Under the pieces are notes generated by a model. The model saw only the letters and a list, made by a program, of their open reading frames with translations, did not search any database and was not told the DNA's origin. DNA of 64,000 bases, taken from Solirubrobacterales bacterium. Its GTDB lineage: Bacteria > Actinomycetota > Thermoleophilia > Solirubrobacterales > 70-9. A program made the translations under genes and the position numbers. Location of the stretch: NCBI GenBank assembly GCA_051961435.1, contig JBQCDH010000027.1:32535-96534 (forward strand), written 5' to 3'. This document shows positions 1-8,422 of this stretch, one piece after another (the stretch's first letter is position 1; each line of letters begins with the position of its first letter).

Positions 1-835
1 TCCGCCGATCCTGGGTGCCATCCCCCGCGCGGCCGATCTCAGCCTGCCCGAGCGCCACCTCGGCCTCCACCTTCCGCACGAGGCGCAGGAGGACCACGCC
101 GAGCGGTTGGCCTCGCTGGTCGAGGCGCACGTCGACCTCGACCGATTGCTCGAGGTCGCCGGCTTGGAGCGGCCGGCCCCGGTGGCGCCTCCCGTAATCG
201 CCGCGGAGCCGGCTGTGCGCATCGGGCTCGCCCGCGACGAGGCCTTCTGCTTCTACTACGCCGAGAACCTCGAACTGCTCGAGCAGGCGGGGGCCGAGCT
301 GGTCGAGTTCTCGCCGATCGCCGATCCGCTCCCGGCCGGCCTCGACGGTCTCTGCATCGGCGGCGGCTACCCCGAGCTGCACGCCGAGGAGCTGGCCGCC
401 AACGAGGCGACGCGGTCGGCGCTCCGCGATTTCGCCGCGGCGGGAGGGCCGGTCTACGCGGAGTGCGGCGGGCTGATGTACCTGGGGGAGGCGCTAGAGC
501 TCGATGCCGGCTCCTATCCACTCTGCGGCGCCCTTCCCCTGACCACGAGGATGCCGGCGGCACTGAAGATGGGATACGTCGAGATCGAGACGACCGGCGG
601 CCCGTTCGGGGCGGGCCGCTCGGCTCGCGGCCACGTCTTCCACCACTCCGAGATCGTGGGCACGCCCAGGGTCGAGCACCACTACAGCCTGCGAAACAGC
701 GGTGGCGAGGAGAGCGAGGAGGGCTACGGCGTCGGCAACGTCCTCGCCAGCTACGCCCACCTCCATTTCGGCAGCGGGCCAGATCTGCCGAGAGCCTTCG
801 TCGACCGCTGCCGCGAATTCCGCGCCGCGGGTTGA
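1..835 (+). CDS. cobB: cobyrinate a,c-diamide synthase (CobB/CbiA family), C-terminal glutamine amidotransferase part; 5' end lies outside the window
   Basis: ORF 107..835 stays open in the same frame back to base 2 (PPILGAIPRAADLSLPERHLGL...). Family-typical motifs RIGLARDEAFCFYY, GGGYPE, ECGGLMYL. Confidence 0.8.
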   Translation, partial: PPILGAIPRAADLSLPERHLGLHLPHEAQEDHAERLASLVEAHVDLDRLLEVAGLERPAPVAPPVIAAEPAVRIGLARDEAFCFYYAENLELLEQAGAELVEFSPIADPLPAGLDGLCIGGGYPELHAEELAANEATRSALRDFAAAGGPVYAECGGLMYLGEALELDAGSYPLCGALPLTTRMPAALKMGYVEIETTGGPFGAGRSARGHVFHHSEIVGTPRVEHHYSLRNSGGEESEEGYGVGNVLASYAHLHFGSGPDLPRAFVDRCREFRAAG

Positions 836-878
836 AGGACCGCGACCCGGGCGGCGCGCAGCCGCGGCTAGCCGACCT

Positions 879-1409
879 CTAGCCGCGCCGGCGGTAGCGC
901 AAGTACACGGTCGCGCCGAACCTGCGGGTCTCGACCGGCTCGAGGTCGATCTGCACGTCCGGCGGGAAGTACGGCGTGCCGCCACCGACCACGACCGGGA
1001 TGACGAACAGCTCGAACTCGTCGACCAGCCCGCGCCGCATGCATTCCGCCGCGAGGCCGGCGCCGCCGACCGCGATCCTCCGGTCCCCGAGCGCGGCGAT
1101 CTCGTCCTCGAGCGTTCCCCTGGCCAGGCGGTTGCTGCCCTCGACGCTCGTCAGCGTGGTCGAGAACACGATCTTCTCCAGCGGCCGCCAGATCTCCGCG
1201 AACTCCGCCATCACGGGCTCGGAGAACTCCTCGGTGTCCCACACGAGCATCGTCTCGTAGAGCCGCCGACCGAGCAGTTGAACGTCGGTCTCAGCGACCC
1301 GCTCGTTGTGGAACCGGTGCAGCTCCTCGCCGGGCACCGCCCAGTCGAAGCTTCCGTCCGGTCCCGCGACGTAGCCGTCGGCCGACAGGCTCATGGAATA
1401 GGAGATCAC
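879..1409 (-). CDS. dihydrofolate reductase family protein (RibD C-terminal domain-like)
   Basis: 176 aa. MSLSADGYVAGPDGSFDWA N-terminus and GGAGLAAE...DEFELFVIPVVVGGG core are typical of the YyaP/RibD_C family. Confidence 0.75.
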   Translation of the reverse strand: MISYSMSLSADGYVAGPDGSFDWAVPGEELHRFHNERVAETDVQLLGRRLYETMLVWDTEEFSEPVMAEFAEIWRPLEKIVFSTTLTSVEGSNRLARGTLEDEIAALGDRRIAVGGAGLAAECMRRGLVDEFELFVIPVVVGGGTPYFPPDVQIDLEPVETRRFGATVYLRYRRRG

Positions 1410-1461
1410 GAGAACACAGTGAACCGGGTCGAGCCGACAGCCTTCTCGGCGACGAGCCGGC

Positions 1462-3960
1462 TCAGCCGTACTTGGCGCCGTAGGTCTTGAAGGCCTCCTC
1501 GATCTCCTCCCGGCTGCTGACGGTCGCCAGTGCGTCGCGCACCGAGGGCTCGGTCAGGTCGAGCAGGAGAAACTCGTTGCCGGCTTTGATCACCGCGATC
1601 ACCCGCGAGTAGAGCCCACCGTGCGCCTCGGCGTAGGCGCCGAGACCGCGCAGCTTCGGCCCAGCGTCGGAGAAGTGATGCCCGTGTGGGTCAATGATGC
1701 TGACTTGGATCTCGCCGGCGCCGTCTTCGTGGAAGAAAAGGAAGTCGGGGTAGAGCTTGCCGAAGCCGCTGGGCTTCTCGTAGGGGATGCGAAGCGCGCC
1801 CTCTCCCCCCGTCGGGTTGCGATACCAAGCGAGGAAGCCGTCGCGGTTCTGCTCGGTAGCGATCACGTGCTGCTCCCAGGAGCCGAGCTCCTTTGGGGGC
1901 CGGAACTTGCCCTCGGAATCAGCGAAGAGATGCCCGGTGGCAGCGGGGACATCGTCGGTGCCGGCCATCGTGATCACGCTCGGCAGGGTCGGCGTCACCG
2001 CCTCCGGCCGTTTCGCCATCGTTCGCACCTGTGCATACCTGGCCTTCTTGTCAGCCGAAAGCGTGGAGATCTCGTCGCCGTAGCCGGCCAACCACTGCTG
2101 CACCCGTGCTTCGGCCTCCGCTTCCAGCCGCTGCGACACGGTCGGCTCCCAGGAGAGGGCGACGGTGAGGACCTTCGCGCCGTAGGGGTCTTCGCCGTGC
2201 GCGCTCACGCGCTCGCCCCAGTAGGTGCTTGCGATCCCGTCGCGGAATTTGCGCGCGGCGCCGCGGAAGAGGCGGTCGACGTCGCCGCTGTCAGTGGTCA
2301 GCTCTATCCCCTGGGCCGAGTACTCCTCACCGCTGTAGAGAGCGACGTCGAGCACTTCGACGCTGGCCTTTTCGACGTCGGCGCGCAGAGTGGCGAGGGC
2401 GCCGTCGGCCTCCAGCCGCGAGCGCTCGGATTCGAGCACGGAGACGAGGAAGGCGTCGGCCTCGCCGACGGCACCGGCGAGCAGGTCGTCACCGGCCAGC
2501 AGGCCGGCGAGCTTGTGCAGGCGGGCGACCTGGGCCCGGGGCGTGGAGCTCGGGACGATGTAGGAGGGCAGCTCTTCGCAGCGGTTGAACACCGCGGCCG
2601 GGATATCGGCATTGCGGGCCGCCTCGACCGAGTTGACGACGACGTCGGTGATCGGCCCCTCTGGGTCGGCCTCCAGCTGCTCCTTCACCTCGAGCACCGC
2701 GTCATGGTTGAAGTGCGGCAGGTAGAGGAAGACCCGGTTCAGTGACTCGACGGACTCGATCCGCCGGGCCAGCGGCGTCCGCACCATGCGGCCGATCAAC
2801 TGGGCGATGTAGGTGTCGTCCTCGGCTTTGCGCAACGAGAACATCACCTCGGCGCGGGGGCAGTCCCAACCAGTAGTCAGCGCTTCCTTGAAGAGGACGA
2901 CGCGGATGCTGGGATGGTCCTGGATGTCCTGGGGGGCGACGTAGCGGACCGTATGCTGACCGAACTCCTCGGCGGTGTGGCTCTCGAGCGAATGCGCGAC
3001 CGCCTCGGGCGCCAACTGGCCCCACTCCTCGAAGCAGACATCGAGCAGCTCACCTGACTCCTCGTCGGCGAAGCGCGAGGGAATCTGGATTACCAAAGCC
3101 GGGCTGACCGGCGGCTCCTCCTCCACCTCGGCGTAGGCGGCCCAGGCCGCATCGATCTCCTTCAGGTTGCGAATCGCCTCGCGCAGCAAGGTCGTCTCCA
3201 TTACCTGCTTCTCGGCCTGGTGGTGAATTGAGAGCACGTCCTTCAGTAGTCCGCTCTCGCGGACCTCCTCCACCGGTACCGGTACCTTGCGCATCGTCCG
3301 TACCGGGTTCGCGTCGTCCATCGCTTCTTCGAACCGCTTTGGGGTCGCCGAGATCCCCCACACAACCGGCGAGGGGGGATTGCTGCCCTCCCTGCCGGAG
3401 ATCAGCCGCTGGGCCAGGGTCCCGCGGTGGCGGTACCTCGTCCCGGTGCCGCGGTGCGCCTCGTCGATCACCAGGTAGTAATGAGCGCCGGCGCCATCGA
3501 CACTGTTGGTAATCGTCTCCCAGATCGGAAAGTCGCGCTTGCCCTCGGCGCGCTTCACCAAGTTCGAGCTTTTCGCCAGTTTCTGGATGTTGAGGAAGTA
3601 GACGCAGCCGGGCTCAAACCTCGCCTTGTCGAACTCATCGTCGATCGTTTTCAGCTGACCCGGCTGCAGCCGGTCGGAGGCCGAGAGCAGCTTCTTGCGG
3701 GTCTGCGCGTTAAGGCTCGGGTCGTCGGTCAGCCAGAGGAAGATTGCCTCCGGGTCGGCGGGTGTCGCGCCCTCGTCGCTCCCATAAAGCATCCGCTCGA
3801 TCACGGCCGCCGCGATCACCGTCTTGCCTGAGGCAGTTGGGGCGGCCAGCGAAACCGCCGTGTACTCACCGTCGGCGACGAACTCCTTGCTGCCGTTGCG
3901 CAGGTGAGCGAGGATTCTCGCCGCGGCGACCTCCTGATACTCCTTCAGCTCCAGTTTCAT
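1462..3960 (-). CDS. res: type III restriction enzyme Res subunit (SF2 helicase plus C-terminal nuclease)
   Basis: 832 aa. Walker A PTASGKT, DEAH box VIDEAHRG, helicase motif TTGWDCPRAEV, C-terminal PD-(D/E)xK-like YPDF...IIDPHG. 4-nt overlap with upstream mod. Confidence 0.8.
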   Translation of the reverse strand: MKLELKEYQEVAAARILAHLRNGSKEFVADGEYTAVSLAAPTASGKTVIAAAVIERMLYGSDEGATPADPEAIFLWLTDDPSLNAQTRKKLLSASDRLQPGQLKTIDDEFDKARFEPGCVYFLNIQKLAKSSNLVKRAEGKRDFPIWETITNSVDGAGAHYYLVIDEAHRGTGTRYRHRGTLAQRLISGREGSNPPSPVVWGISATPKRFEEAMDDANPVRTMRKVPVPVEEVRESGLLKDVLSIHHQAEKQVMETTLLREAIRNLKEIDAAWAAYAEVEEEPPVSPALVIQIPSRFADEESGELLDVCFEEWGQLAPEAVAHSLESHTAEEFGQHTVRYVAPQDIQDHPSIRVVLFKEALTTGWDCPRAEVMFSLRKAEDDTYIAQLIGRMVRTPLARRIESVESLNRVFLYLPHFNHDAVLEVKEQLEADPEGPITDVVVNSVEAARNADIPAAVFNRCEELPSYIVPSSTPRAQVARLHKLAGLLAGDDLLAGAVGEADAFLVSVLESERSRLEADGALATLRADVEKASVEVLDVALYSGEEYSAQGIELTTDSGDVDRLFRGAARKFRDGIASTYWGERVSAHGEDPYGAKVLTVALSWEPTVSQRLEAEAEARVQQWLAGYGDEISTLSADKKARYAQVRTMAKRPEAVTPTLPSVITMAGTDDVPAATGHLFADSEGKFRPPKELGSWEQHVIATEQNRDGFLAWYRNPTGGEGALRIPYEKPSGFGKLYPDFLFFHEDGAGEIQVSIIDPHGHHFSDAGPKLRGLGAYAEAHGGLYSRVIAVIKAGNEFLLLDLTEPSVRDALATVSSREEIEEAFKTYGAKYG

Positions 3961-6083
3961 CGCTCCCCCCGCCTGATCACGGTGAACGAATCGACATAAG
4001 ACTCATAAAGGCGCAGGACGTCGACCTCCGCCGGCATTTCCGCCGCCGCCGTCTGGAACAGCGACTCAGAGTCGGTGACAATGAAGGCGACCCGCACATG
4101 CGAGTGAGTGGCGAGCGCCTCGGCGAACTCCGCCCAACGATCGATATCGAACAGGACCCCGTAGCGGCCGTCCTCGGGTAGCGCCCAAGCACCTTCGGGA
4201 GCAGTGATCACCGGGCCCTCGCCGCCCGCTTTCAGCCACAACAGCGGCGCGATCGCCGCGAAGGAGGCCCCTAGCCTGATGCTGTCGCGGTCCTCGTAGG
4301 TAAGCGAGAAGAAGGTGACGTTCTCCTCGAAACCGTCGGCAATCGGGAACTCGTCATGGAACCGGTACGAACCCTCGATCGGCTCCCCCTCCGGCGTCTT
4401 CCCGGTTACCGCGGCTTCGATCCGGGGCCGAGTAATCAGCTCGAAGATGCCCTGCTCCTCCCACTCGGCGTCGCCGGGCCGGTGCCCCTGTTTGGTCAGC
4501 GCTTTCGCCTCGCCGACCGAGACCTCGTTGTTGGTGACGGCAATGCTGCGGCGCCGCCCACCGTCCCCGTGGTTCAGTCGCATCACCGCGTGGGTGGTCG
4601 TACCCGAGCCGGCGAAGTAGTCGAGGACGAGAGCGTCCTTCTTGTCACCGATGTAGTAACGCAGCGCCTCTTCAACCATGTAGAGCGACTTGGGGAAGGG
4701 GAACTTGCGCAGCGGCAAGAAGCTGTTGAGGAGCGTCGAGCCATGCTCGGTGGCGCTGTACGCACCGTTGGTCCAAATCGTCTTCCCGACCTGACTGCGC
4801 AACCGCCCCTCCGCGTTTTCGACAATCAAAGTGCCATTGCGGTCGGTACCGGTGACGACCAGCTCACCGTTCTCGATCGCCTTCATGTGCCCCTTGGTGA
4901 GGAAGGAGATGCCCCAGCGACCAGTTTCCCGGCTCTTGCGGCCGAGCCTGATCCTGCCTTCCTCCAGGTATTTGCGGAAGGTCGGCGGCGAGAGCTGCCA
5001 GCAGGCCTCGGACCCGTTCGTCTTCAGCGGCCACTGCTGGATGGCGCCGGCCGGCGGGTCGGGGGCGTCCTCGCGGTCGGCGTCGAGCGGCAGTGAGTCG
5101 CCGCAGCCGACGATCCGCGCCTCCTCCTCATCGATGTAAATGGAGAAGAACTTGGCTTTGGTGTCCTGGCGGCGCGAGTTCCCGCCCGAGCGCAGCAACG
5201 ACTCCCACTGGAATTTCTTCGGTTTGCCCTCGGCGTCGGCGAGCGTCGAGGTGCCGGGCGTCGTATCGCTGGTCGTCCGCAGCGGCCGGGCGGCGCCGAC
5301 GTGGACGAAGAAGAGCTGCTCGTCGACCCGCGAGAACTGGTCGATGATGCTGGCCCCGGCCGGATTGATCAGCGCCGTCACCATCTGGATTTTGCTGCCG
5401 CGGAAGATCTGCTCCAACAGCAGCGCCAGCCGGTGTACCTCGTTCTCGTCGATCGAGACGATCAGTACCGAGTTGGACGGCTTTAGCAGCTTGCGCGCCA
5501 GCAGCAGCCGCCGCTCCATCATCGCCAGCCACTTGCTGTGTCGGTAGCGGTCGTCAGGACTGACGTAGTTGTTGTTGTACTTCCAATCGCGGGCTTCGGT
5601 GTTGTAGGGCGGGTCGATGAAGATCGCGTCGACTTCTCCCTCGCAGGCGTAGATCAGCGCCTCCAGCGCGTGGTAGTTCTCGCCATTGATGACGGCGTGG
5701 TGGGGCCGCGAGCCGCCCCGCTCCAAGCTGCCGACCGCCTTTAGGCCGGGATAGATCGCTTCGCCGAACTCGCGCACGACGACCAGCTCCTCGAGCGCCC
5801 GCGTCTCCTCCTGGATCTCGTTGTTCGAATCCCGACGCCGCAGCTCGGCGACGCCGGCGTCAACCCGCCCCACCCGCCAGCGCGGCGATCCCTCCTCGGC
5901 CAGCACTTCGACTGTGAGGCCGCGCCGGACCGCCTGCCCGAAGAGCCGCACGCTCTCCGGCAAATGCCGCTCGAACACCAACCCCAGGGACTGATCCCCC
6001 CGCAACGGCGCGATCTGCCGCTCGATGTCAGCTCGCAGCGCTGGATCCTCGATCCGCGCGAGCAGATCGTCGAGCGCCGCCAT
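3957..6083 (-). CDS. mod: type III R-M Mod DNA methyltransferase (N6-A/N4-C, beta-class motif order)
   Basis: 708 aa. Motif IV IFIDPPYNT precedes motif I LDYFAGSGTTTHA. GGGGAAGG Shine-Dalgarno just upstream of the ATG. Forms an operon with res. Confidence 0.8.
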   Translation of the reverse strand: MAALDDLLARIEDPALRADIERQIAPLRGDQSLGLVFERHLPESVRLFGQAVRRGLTVEVLAEEGSPRWRVGRVDAGVAELRRRDSNNEIQEETRALEELVVVREFGEAIYPGLKAVGSLERGGSRPHHAVINGENYHALEALIYACEGEVDAIFIDPPYNTEARDWKYNNNYVSPDDRYRHSKWLAMMERRLLLARKLLKPSNSVLIVSIDENEVHRLALLLEQIFRGSKIQMVTALINPAGASIIDQFSRVDEQLFFVHVGAARPLRTTSDTTPGTSTLADAEGKPKKFQWESLLRSGGNSRRQDTKAKFFSIYIDEEEARIVGCGDSLPLDADREDAPDPPAGAIQQWPLKTNGSEACWQLSPPTFRKYLEEGRIRLGRKSRETGRWGISFLTKGHMKAIENGELVVTGTDRNGTLIVENAEGRLRSQVGKTIWTNGAYSATEHGSTLLNSFLPLRKFPFPKSLYMVEEALRYYIGDKKDALVLDYFAGSGTTTHAVMRLNHGDGGRRRSIAVTNNEVSVGEAKALTKQGHRPGDAEWEEQGIFELITRPRIEAAVTGKTPEGEPIEGSYRFHDEFPIADGFEENVTFFSLTYEDRDSIRLGASFAAIAPLLWLKAGGEGPVITAPEGAWALPEDGRYGVLFDIDRWAEFAEALATHSHVRVAFIVTDSESLFQTAAAEMPAEVDVLRLYESYVDSFTVIRRGER

Positions 6084-6498
6084 CTCAGGCCTTCCCCTGG
6101 ATCATGAGGCCGCGAATCTAGCGTGAGCGCGAGATCGCACCCTCAGATGGCGCGGGATGGAAGCTGCCTCGACGAGTCGCCCAGGCATCATCGGGCCCAG
6201 CGAGAACTCCCTGGTTTGCACCGGCGACGGGCGGTGCGAGGCGCCTTGCCGGGTCGCACCTAGGACGCGCAATGGTTGAAAGCTACGCAGTCCAAGAATC
6301 TGCCGCCCCACGACTCCGGAAGATCGGCAAGCTGGCGTAGGCCAGGGCCGATGCACCCTTCGCGGTGGCATTTTTCCCTCGCACCGAAGGCTCGTATGCC
6401 CAGGGTGTTGACGCGCGTCGCCGGGCTGGCTCATTTGCGTTCCCGCGGGCGAATGCGGGCGCCTGACAAGGATCTCGGCAGTCCCTCCGAAGCTCATG

Positions 6499-6522
6499 TT
6501 GCCGTACACCTTGCCCCTGGGG
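6499..6522 (+). repeat. phased TTGCCG / TTGCCCCTGGGG pair (12-nt spacing), arm-site-like, just outside the tRNA fragment
   Basis: cacCTTGCCCCtGGG at 6507-6522 is nearly identical to 12115-12129. A second TTGCC lies 12 nt upstream. Confidence 0.45.
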
Positions 6523-6565
6523 CCTTTCGCACCCCTCTGTCTGTGCCCCCAGGAAATGCGAAAAC

Positions 6566-6602
6566 GGGGCGGGATGCGAACCCGCGACCTTCGGGTTATG
6601 AG
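6566..6602 (-). repeat. 3'-part fragment of tRNA-fMet (att-like direct repeat, not a functional tRNA)
   Basis: ggggcgggatGcgaacccgcgaccttcgggttatgag matches 12216-12252 at 36/37 positions. The flanking sequence cannot form an anticodon stem, D arm or acceptor stem. Confidence 0.8.
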
Positions 6603-6720
6603 ACTGATCTGCTCACTCGGCTGGACTACGTGGGGCTAGAGTTCAAGCCGAATTCGCGGGATCGAACTACGTGGAGATCGGCTGGAATCTGTGGGGCATG
6701 TTGCCCCATTCGTTGCCCCA
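6600..6720 (+). repeat. arm-region repeat copy 1 (tcggctggactacg ... ctacgtggagatcggctggaatctgtggggc ... TTGCCCCAttcgTTGCCCCA)
   Basis: 14/14 identity between 6617-6630 and 7697-7710. 6667-6697 equals 7738-7767 apart from a 1-nt indel. Ends in two TTGCCCCA 8-mers 12 nt apart (6701, 6713). Confidence 0.75.
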
Positions 6721-7008
6721 GCAGATCGTGGCCGAGAACATACAATCCTCGAGATGGCCAAGGATCCCTGGAAAGGCGCCGATCCCCAGCCCGGTGACTT
6801 CGACGCCGAGCTGGACCAGGCCAAGGTCGAGATCCACGAGGGCAACCCCGGCGCAAAGCTGTCGATCCTCAGCCGCCGAGTCAGCCGAGCGACGGAGATT
6901 CGGGCCTTGCTGCGTCACGCCCGCCCCGATGGAGGCAACGCCGCCGAGCGGGTGAAGCGGGCACGGCCTCGCAGCACGCGCGACTGAGACCTTCAGCCTC
7001 TTGTCGGG

Positions 7009-7422
7009 TCAGGAGAGCTCGGCCGGCGTGACGACGAATCCCAGCCAGTCCGTACCCCGACGCAGTCTGCTGTCGAGGGTGACGAGGCGACAGCCTTCGG
7101 CCCGCGCAAGCGCTACGTACTCGGCGTCGTAGGTCTTCGCCCAGCCAAATTCCTCGGCCACCTCCCAGGCCGCCGTAGCGAGACCCTCTGGACGTTGCTC
7201 GCCGATGGACAGCTTGTCCGACAGGAAGCGTTGCAGCGCAAGCTCCGCCAGCGCGTTCGAGATTTCGCCACGGAAGGCCATCTCGTGAAGCGCCGAGGGA
7301 ACCTCGCTCCAAAGAAGCGGCGGCGCGATCAGCTGACCGCCACGGTCCAGGTCGGCGCCGGCCTGCTCGCCGATCCTGTCGAGCGAGAGCTCGACCACCA
7401 AGCTCGCATCTACGACCAGCAC
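7009..7422 (-). CDS. vapC: type II toxin VapC (PIN-domain ribonuclease)
   Basis: 137 aa. MLVVDASLVVE N-terminal acidic motif, a further conserved acidic position (TYDAEYVALA). Preceded by a small antitoxin ORF 2 nt upstream. Confidence 0.8.
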   Translation of the reverse strand: MLVVDASLVVELSLDRIGEQAGADLDRGGQLIAPPLLWSEVPSALHEMAFRGEISNALAELALQRFLSDKLSIGEQRPEGLATAAWEVAEEFGWAKTYDAEYVALARAEGCRLVTLDSRLRRGTDWLGFVVTPAELS

Positions 7423-7424
7423 GC

Positions 7425-7625
7425 TCAGTGAGCTTCGCGGGAGCGCCGAACCGCAGCGGCGACGTTGGGCATCGGCTCACCGGTCAGCGTCTCCCCCCAC
7501 CCCGCCGGCAGCGGTGCCATCTCCGGCTCCTCAGCAGGCCCGGTGGAAACGACGATCCGCGCACGCGCAGCCTCGGCCTCATCAAGGTCGAGGATCTCGC
7601 GCAGCAGCTTCTCCTTCGCGGTCAC
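7425..7625 (-). CDS. type II antitoxin (VapB-like) partner of VapC
   Basis: 66-aa ORF immediately upstream of vapC, with size and position typical of an antitoxin. No strong motif recognised. Confidence 0.6.
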   Translation of the reverse strand: MTAKEKLLREILDLDEAEAARARIVVSTGPAEEPEMAPLPAGWGETLTGEPMPNVAAAVRRSREAH

Positions 7626-7675
7626 AGTTCAAGAGTACCGCCCGCACCCGCGTCTATTGAGAGCGCTCACGCCGA

Positions 7676-7790
7676 GACCTCTGCCAACGCACTCGATCGG
7701 CTGGACTACGGTCCAACCGGAATCCCGTGAGATTGAGCTACGTGGAGATCGGCTGGATCTGTGGGGCCAATCGCCCACTCGTTGCTCAGA
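7676..7790 (+). repeat. arm-region repeat copy 2 (diverged duplicate of 6600-6720, without the tRNA part)
   Basis: Shares the tcggctggactacg and ctacgtggagatcggctgga-tctgtggggc blocks. Its TTGCCCCA pair is degenerate (tcgccca / ttgctca). Confidence 0.7.
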
Positions 7791-7800
7791 CTAGGAGGGG

Positions 7801-7854
7801 TTGGCGAAACGATTGGCGAAAGTCTTGACCCGCATCGCTGATCCTCCGTAGGTT
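7801..7854 (+). promoter_or_regulatory. candidate operator plus promoter: TTGGCGAAA direct repeat (7801, 7813) abutting TTGACC-18 nt-TAGGTT
   Basis: Two identical 9-mers 12 nt apart lie immediately upstream of a -35-like TTGACC (7825-7830) and a -10-like TAGGTT (7849-7854). They are placed ahead of the wHTH/XRE gene pair. Confidence 0.3.
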
Positions 7855-7873
7855 CGCCCGGTCCAAATCAAAA

Positions 7874-8206
7874 GTGGCCGGGCGACTGCGCAAACAGCCC
7901 CCGGCCGTGACACCAGGAGGTCTAGTCCTGATGCACGACCAGAGTAAGGCAGCGCCTACCGCTGCCGAAGACCAGCGCGACGAACGGGCAGTTCTCGTCC
8001 ACGTCGTAGAGACTCACCCGACGACCCTCAAGCTCTCGGACCTGATCCGCGAACTGAGCGACCCGGAGGACTTCCAAGAGCGCGACCGGATCGAAAGGGC
8101 CGCCAGAGAACTCGTCAAAGGCGGGCTCCTGTTCAAGAGCGACGGGGCGGTGCTGCCGACGAGGGCGGCGCTGCGGGCCTACGAGCTGTTCGTAGAGGCG
8201 GCGTAG
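7874..8206 (+). CDS. hypothetical protein, possible winged-helix DNA-binding protein (true start may be the ATG near 7931)
   Basis: 110-aa ORF whose stop directly abuts the ATG of the XRE gene. The ...LKLSDLIRELSD...ELVKGGLLFKSDGAVLPTRAAL pattern resembles wHTH. Confidence 0.5.
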   Translation: MAGRLRKQPPAVTPGGLVLMHDQSKAAPTAAEDQRDERAVLVHVVETHPTTLKLSDLIRELSDPEDFQERDRIERAARELVKGGLLFKSDGAVLPTRAALRAYELFVEAA

Positions 8207-8422
8207 ATGGAGGTCAAAAAGCAGGTGGGCCGCAACATCGCCGAAGCTCGAAGGGCTGCGGGGCTGTCGCAGACCCAACTTGCGGCACGGCTGGCGACGG
8301 CCTCGCAGGAGATATCACGGCTTGAGTGCGGGCAGCGAAGCTGTCCGCGCCTGACGACGCTGCTGCGGGTCGCCCGTGCCCTTGAGATCCCCCTTACCGA
8401 CCTGCTGGAAGGGATCGAGTAG
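8207..8422 (+). CDS. XRE-family helix-turn-helix transcriptional regulator
   Basis: 71 aa. GRNIAEARRAAGLSQTQLAARLATASQEISRLECGQR is a classic HTH_3 pattern. Confidence 0.75.
   Translation: MEVKKQVGRNIAEARRAAGLSQTQLAARLATASQEISRLECGQRSCPRLTTLLRVARALEIPLTDLLEGIE

Noticed and set aside
6102-6509. 135-aa minus-strand ORF in the spacer between mod and the tRNA fragment
   Set aside because: Arg/Pro/Gly/Ser-rich, with no RBS and no motif. The region is more likely non-coding remnant DNA. A TTGACG-17-TCATTT promoter-like sequence at about 6407-6435 was also noted, but it has no obvious downstream gene.
6556-6640. Possible second functional tRNA-Met gene
   Set aside because: Only the part from the anticodon loop to the 3' acceptor strand matches tRNA-fMet. 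The 5' side cannot form an anticodon stem (TCAGT vs the required TCGGG), a D arm or an acceptor stem, and the T loop carries a T-to-G change. I treat it as an att-like fragment.
6754-6987. 78-aa plus-strand ORF (MAKDPWKGADPQPGDFDAELDQ...) between arm repeat copy 1 and vapC
   Set aside because: There is no RBS and no recognisable fold, and its second half is Arg-rich. I kept it only as a remote possibility for a small islet gene.
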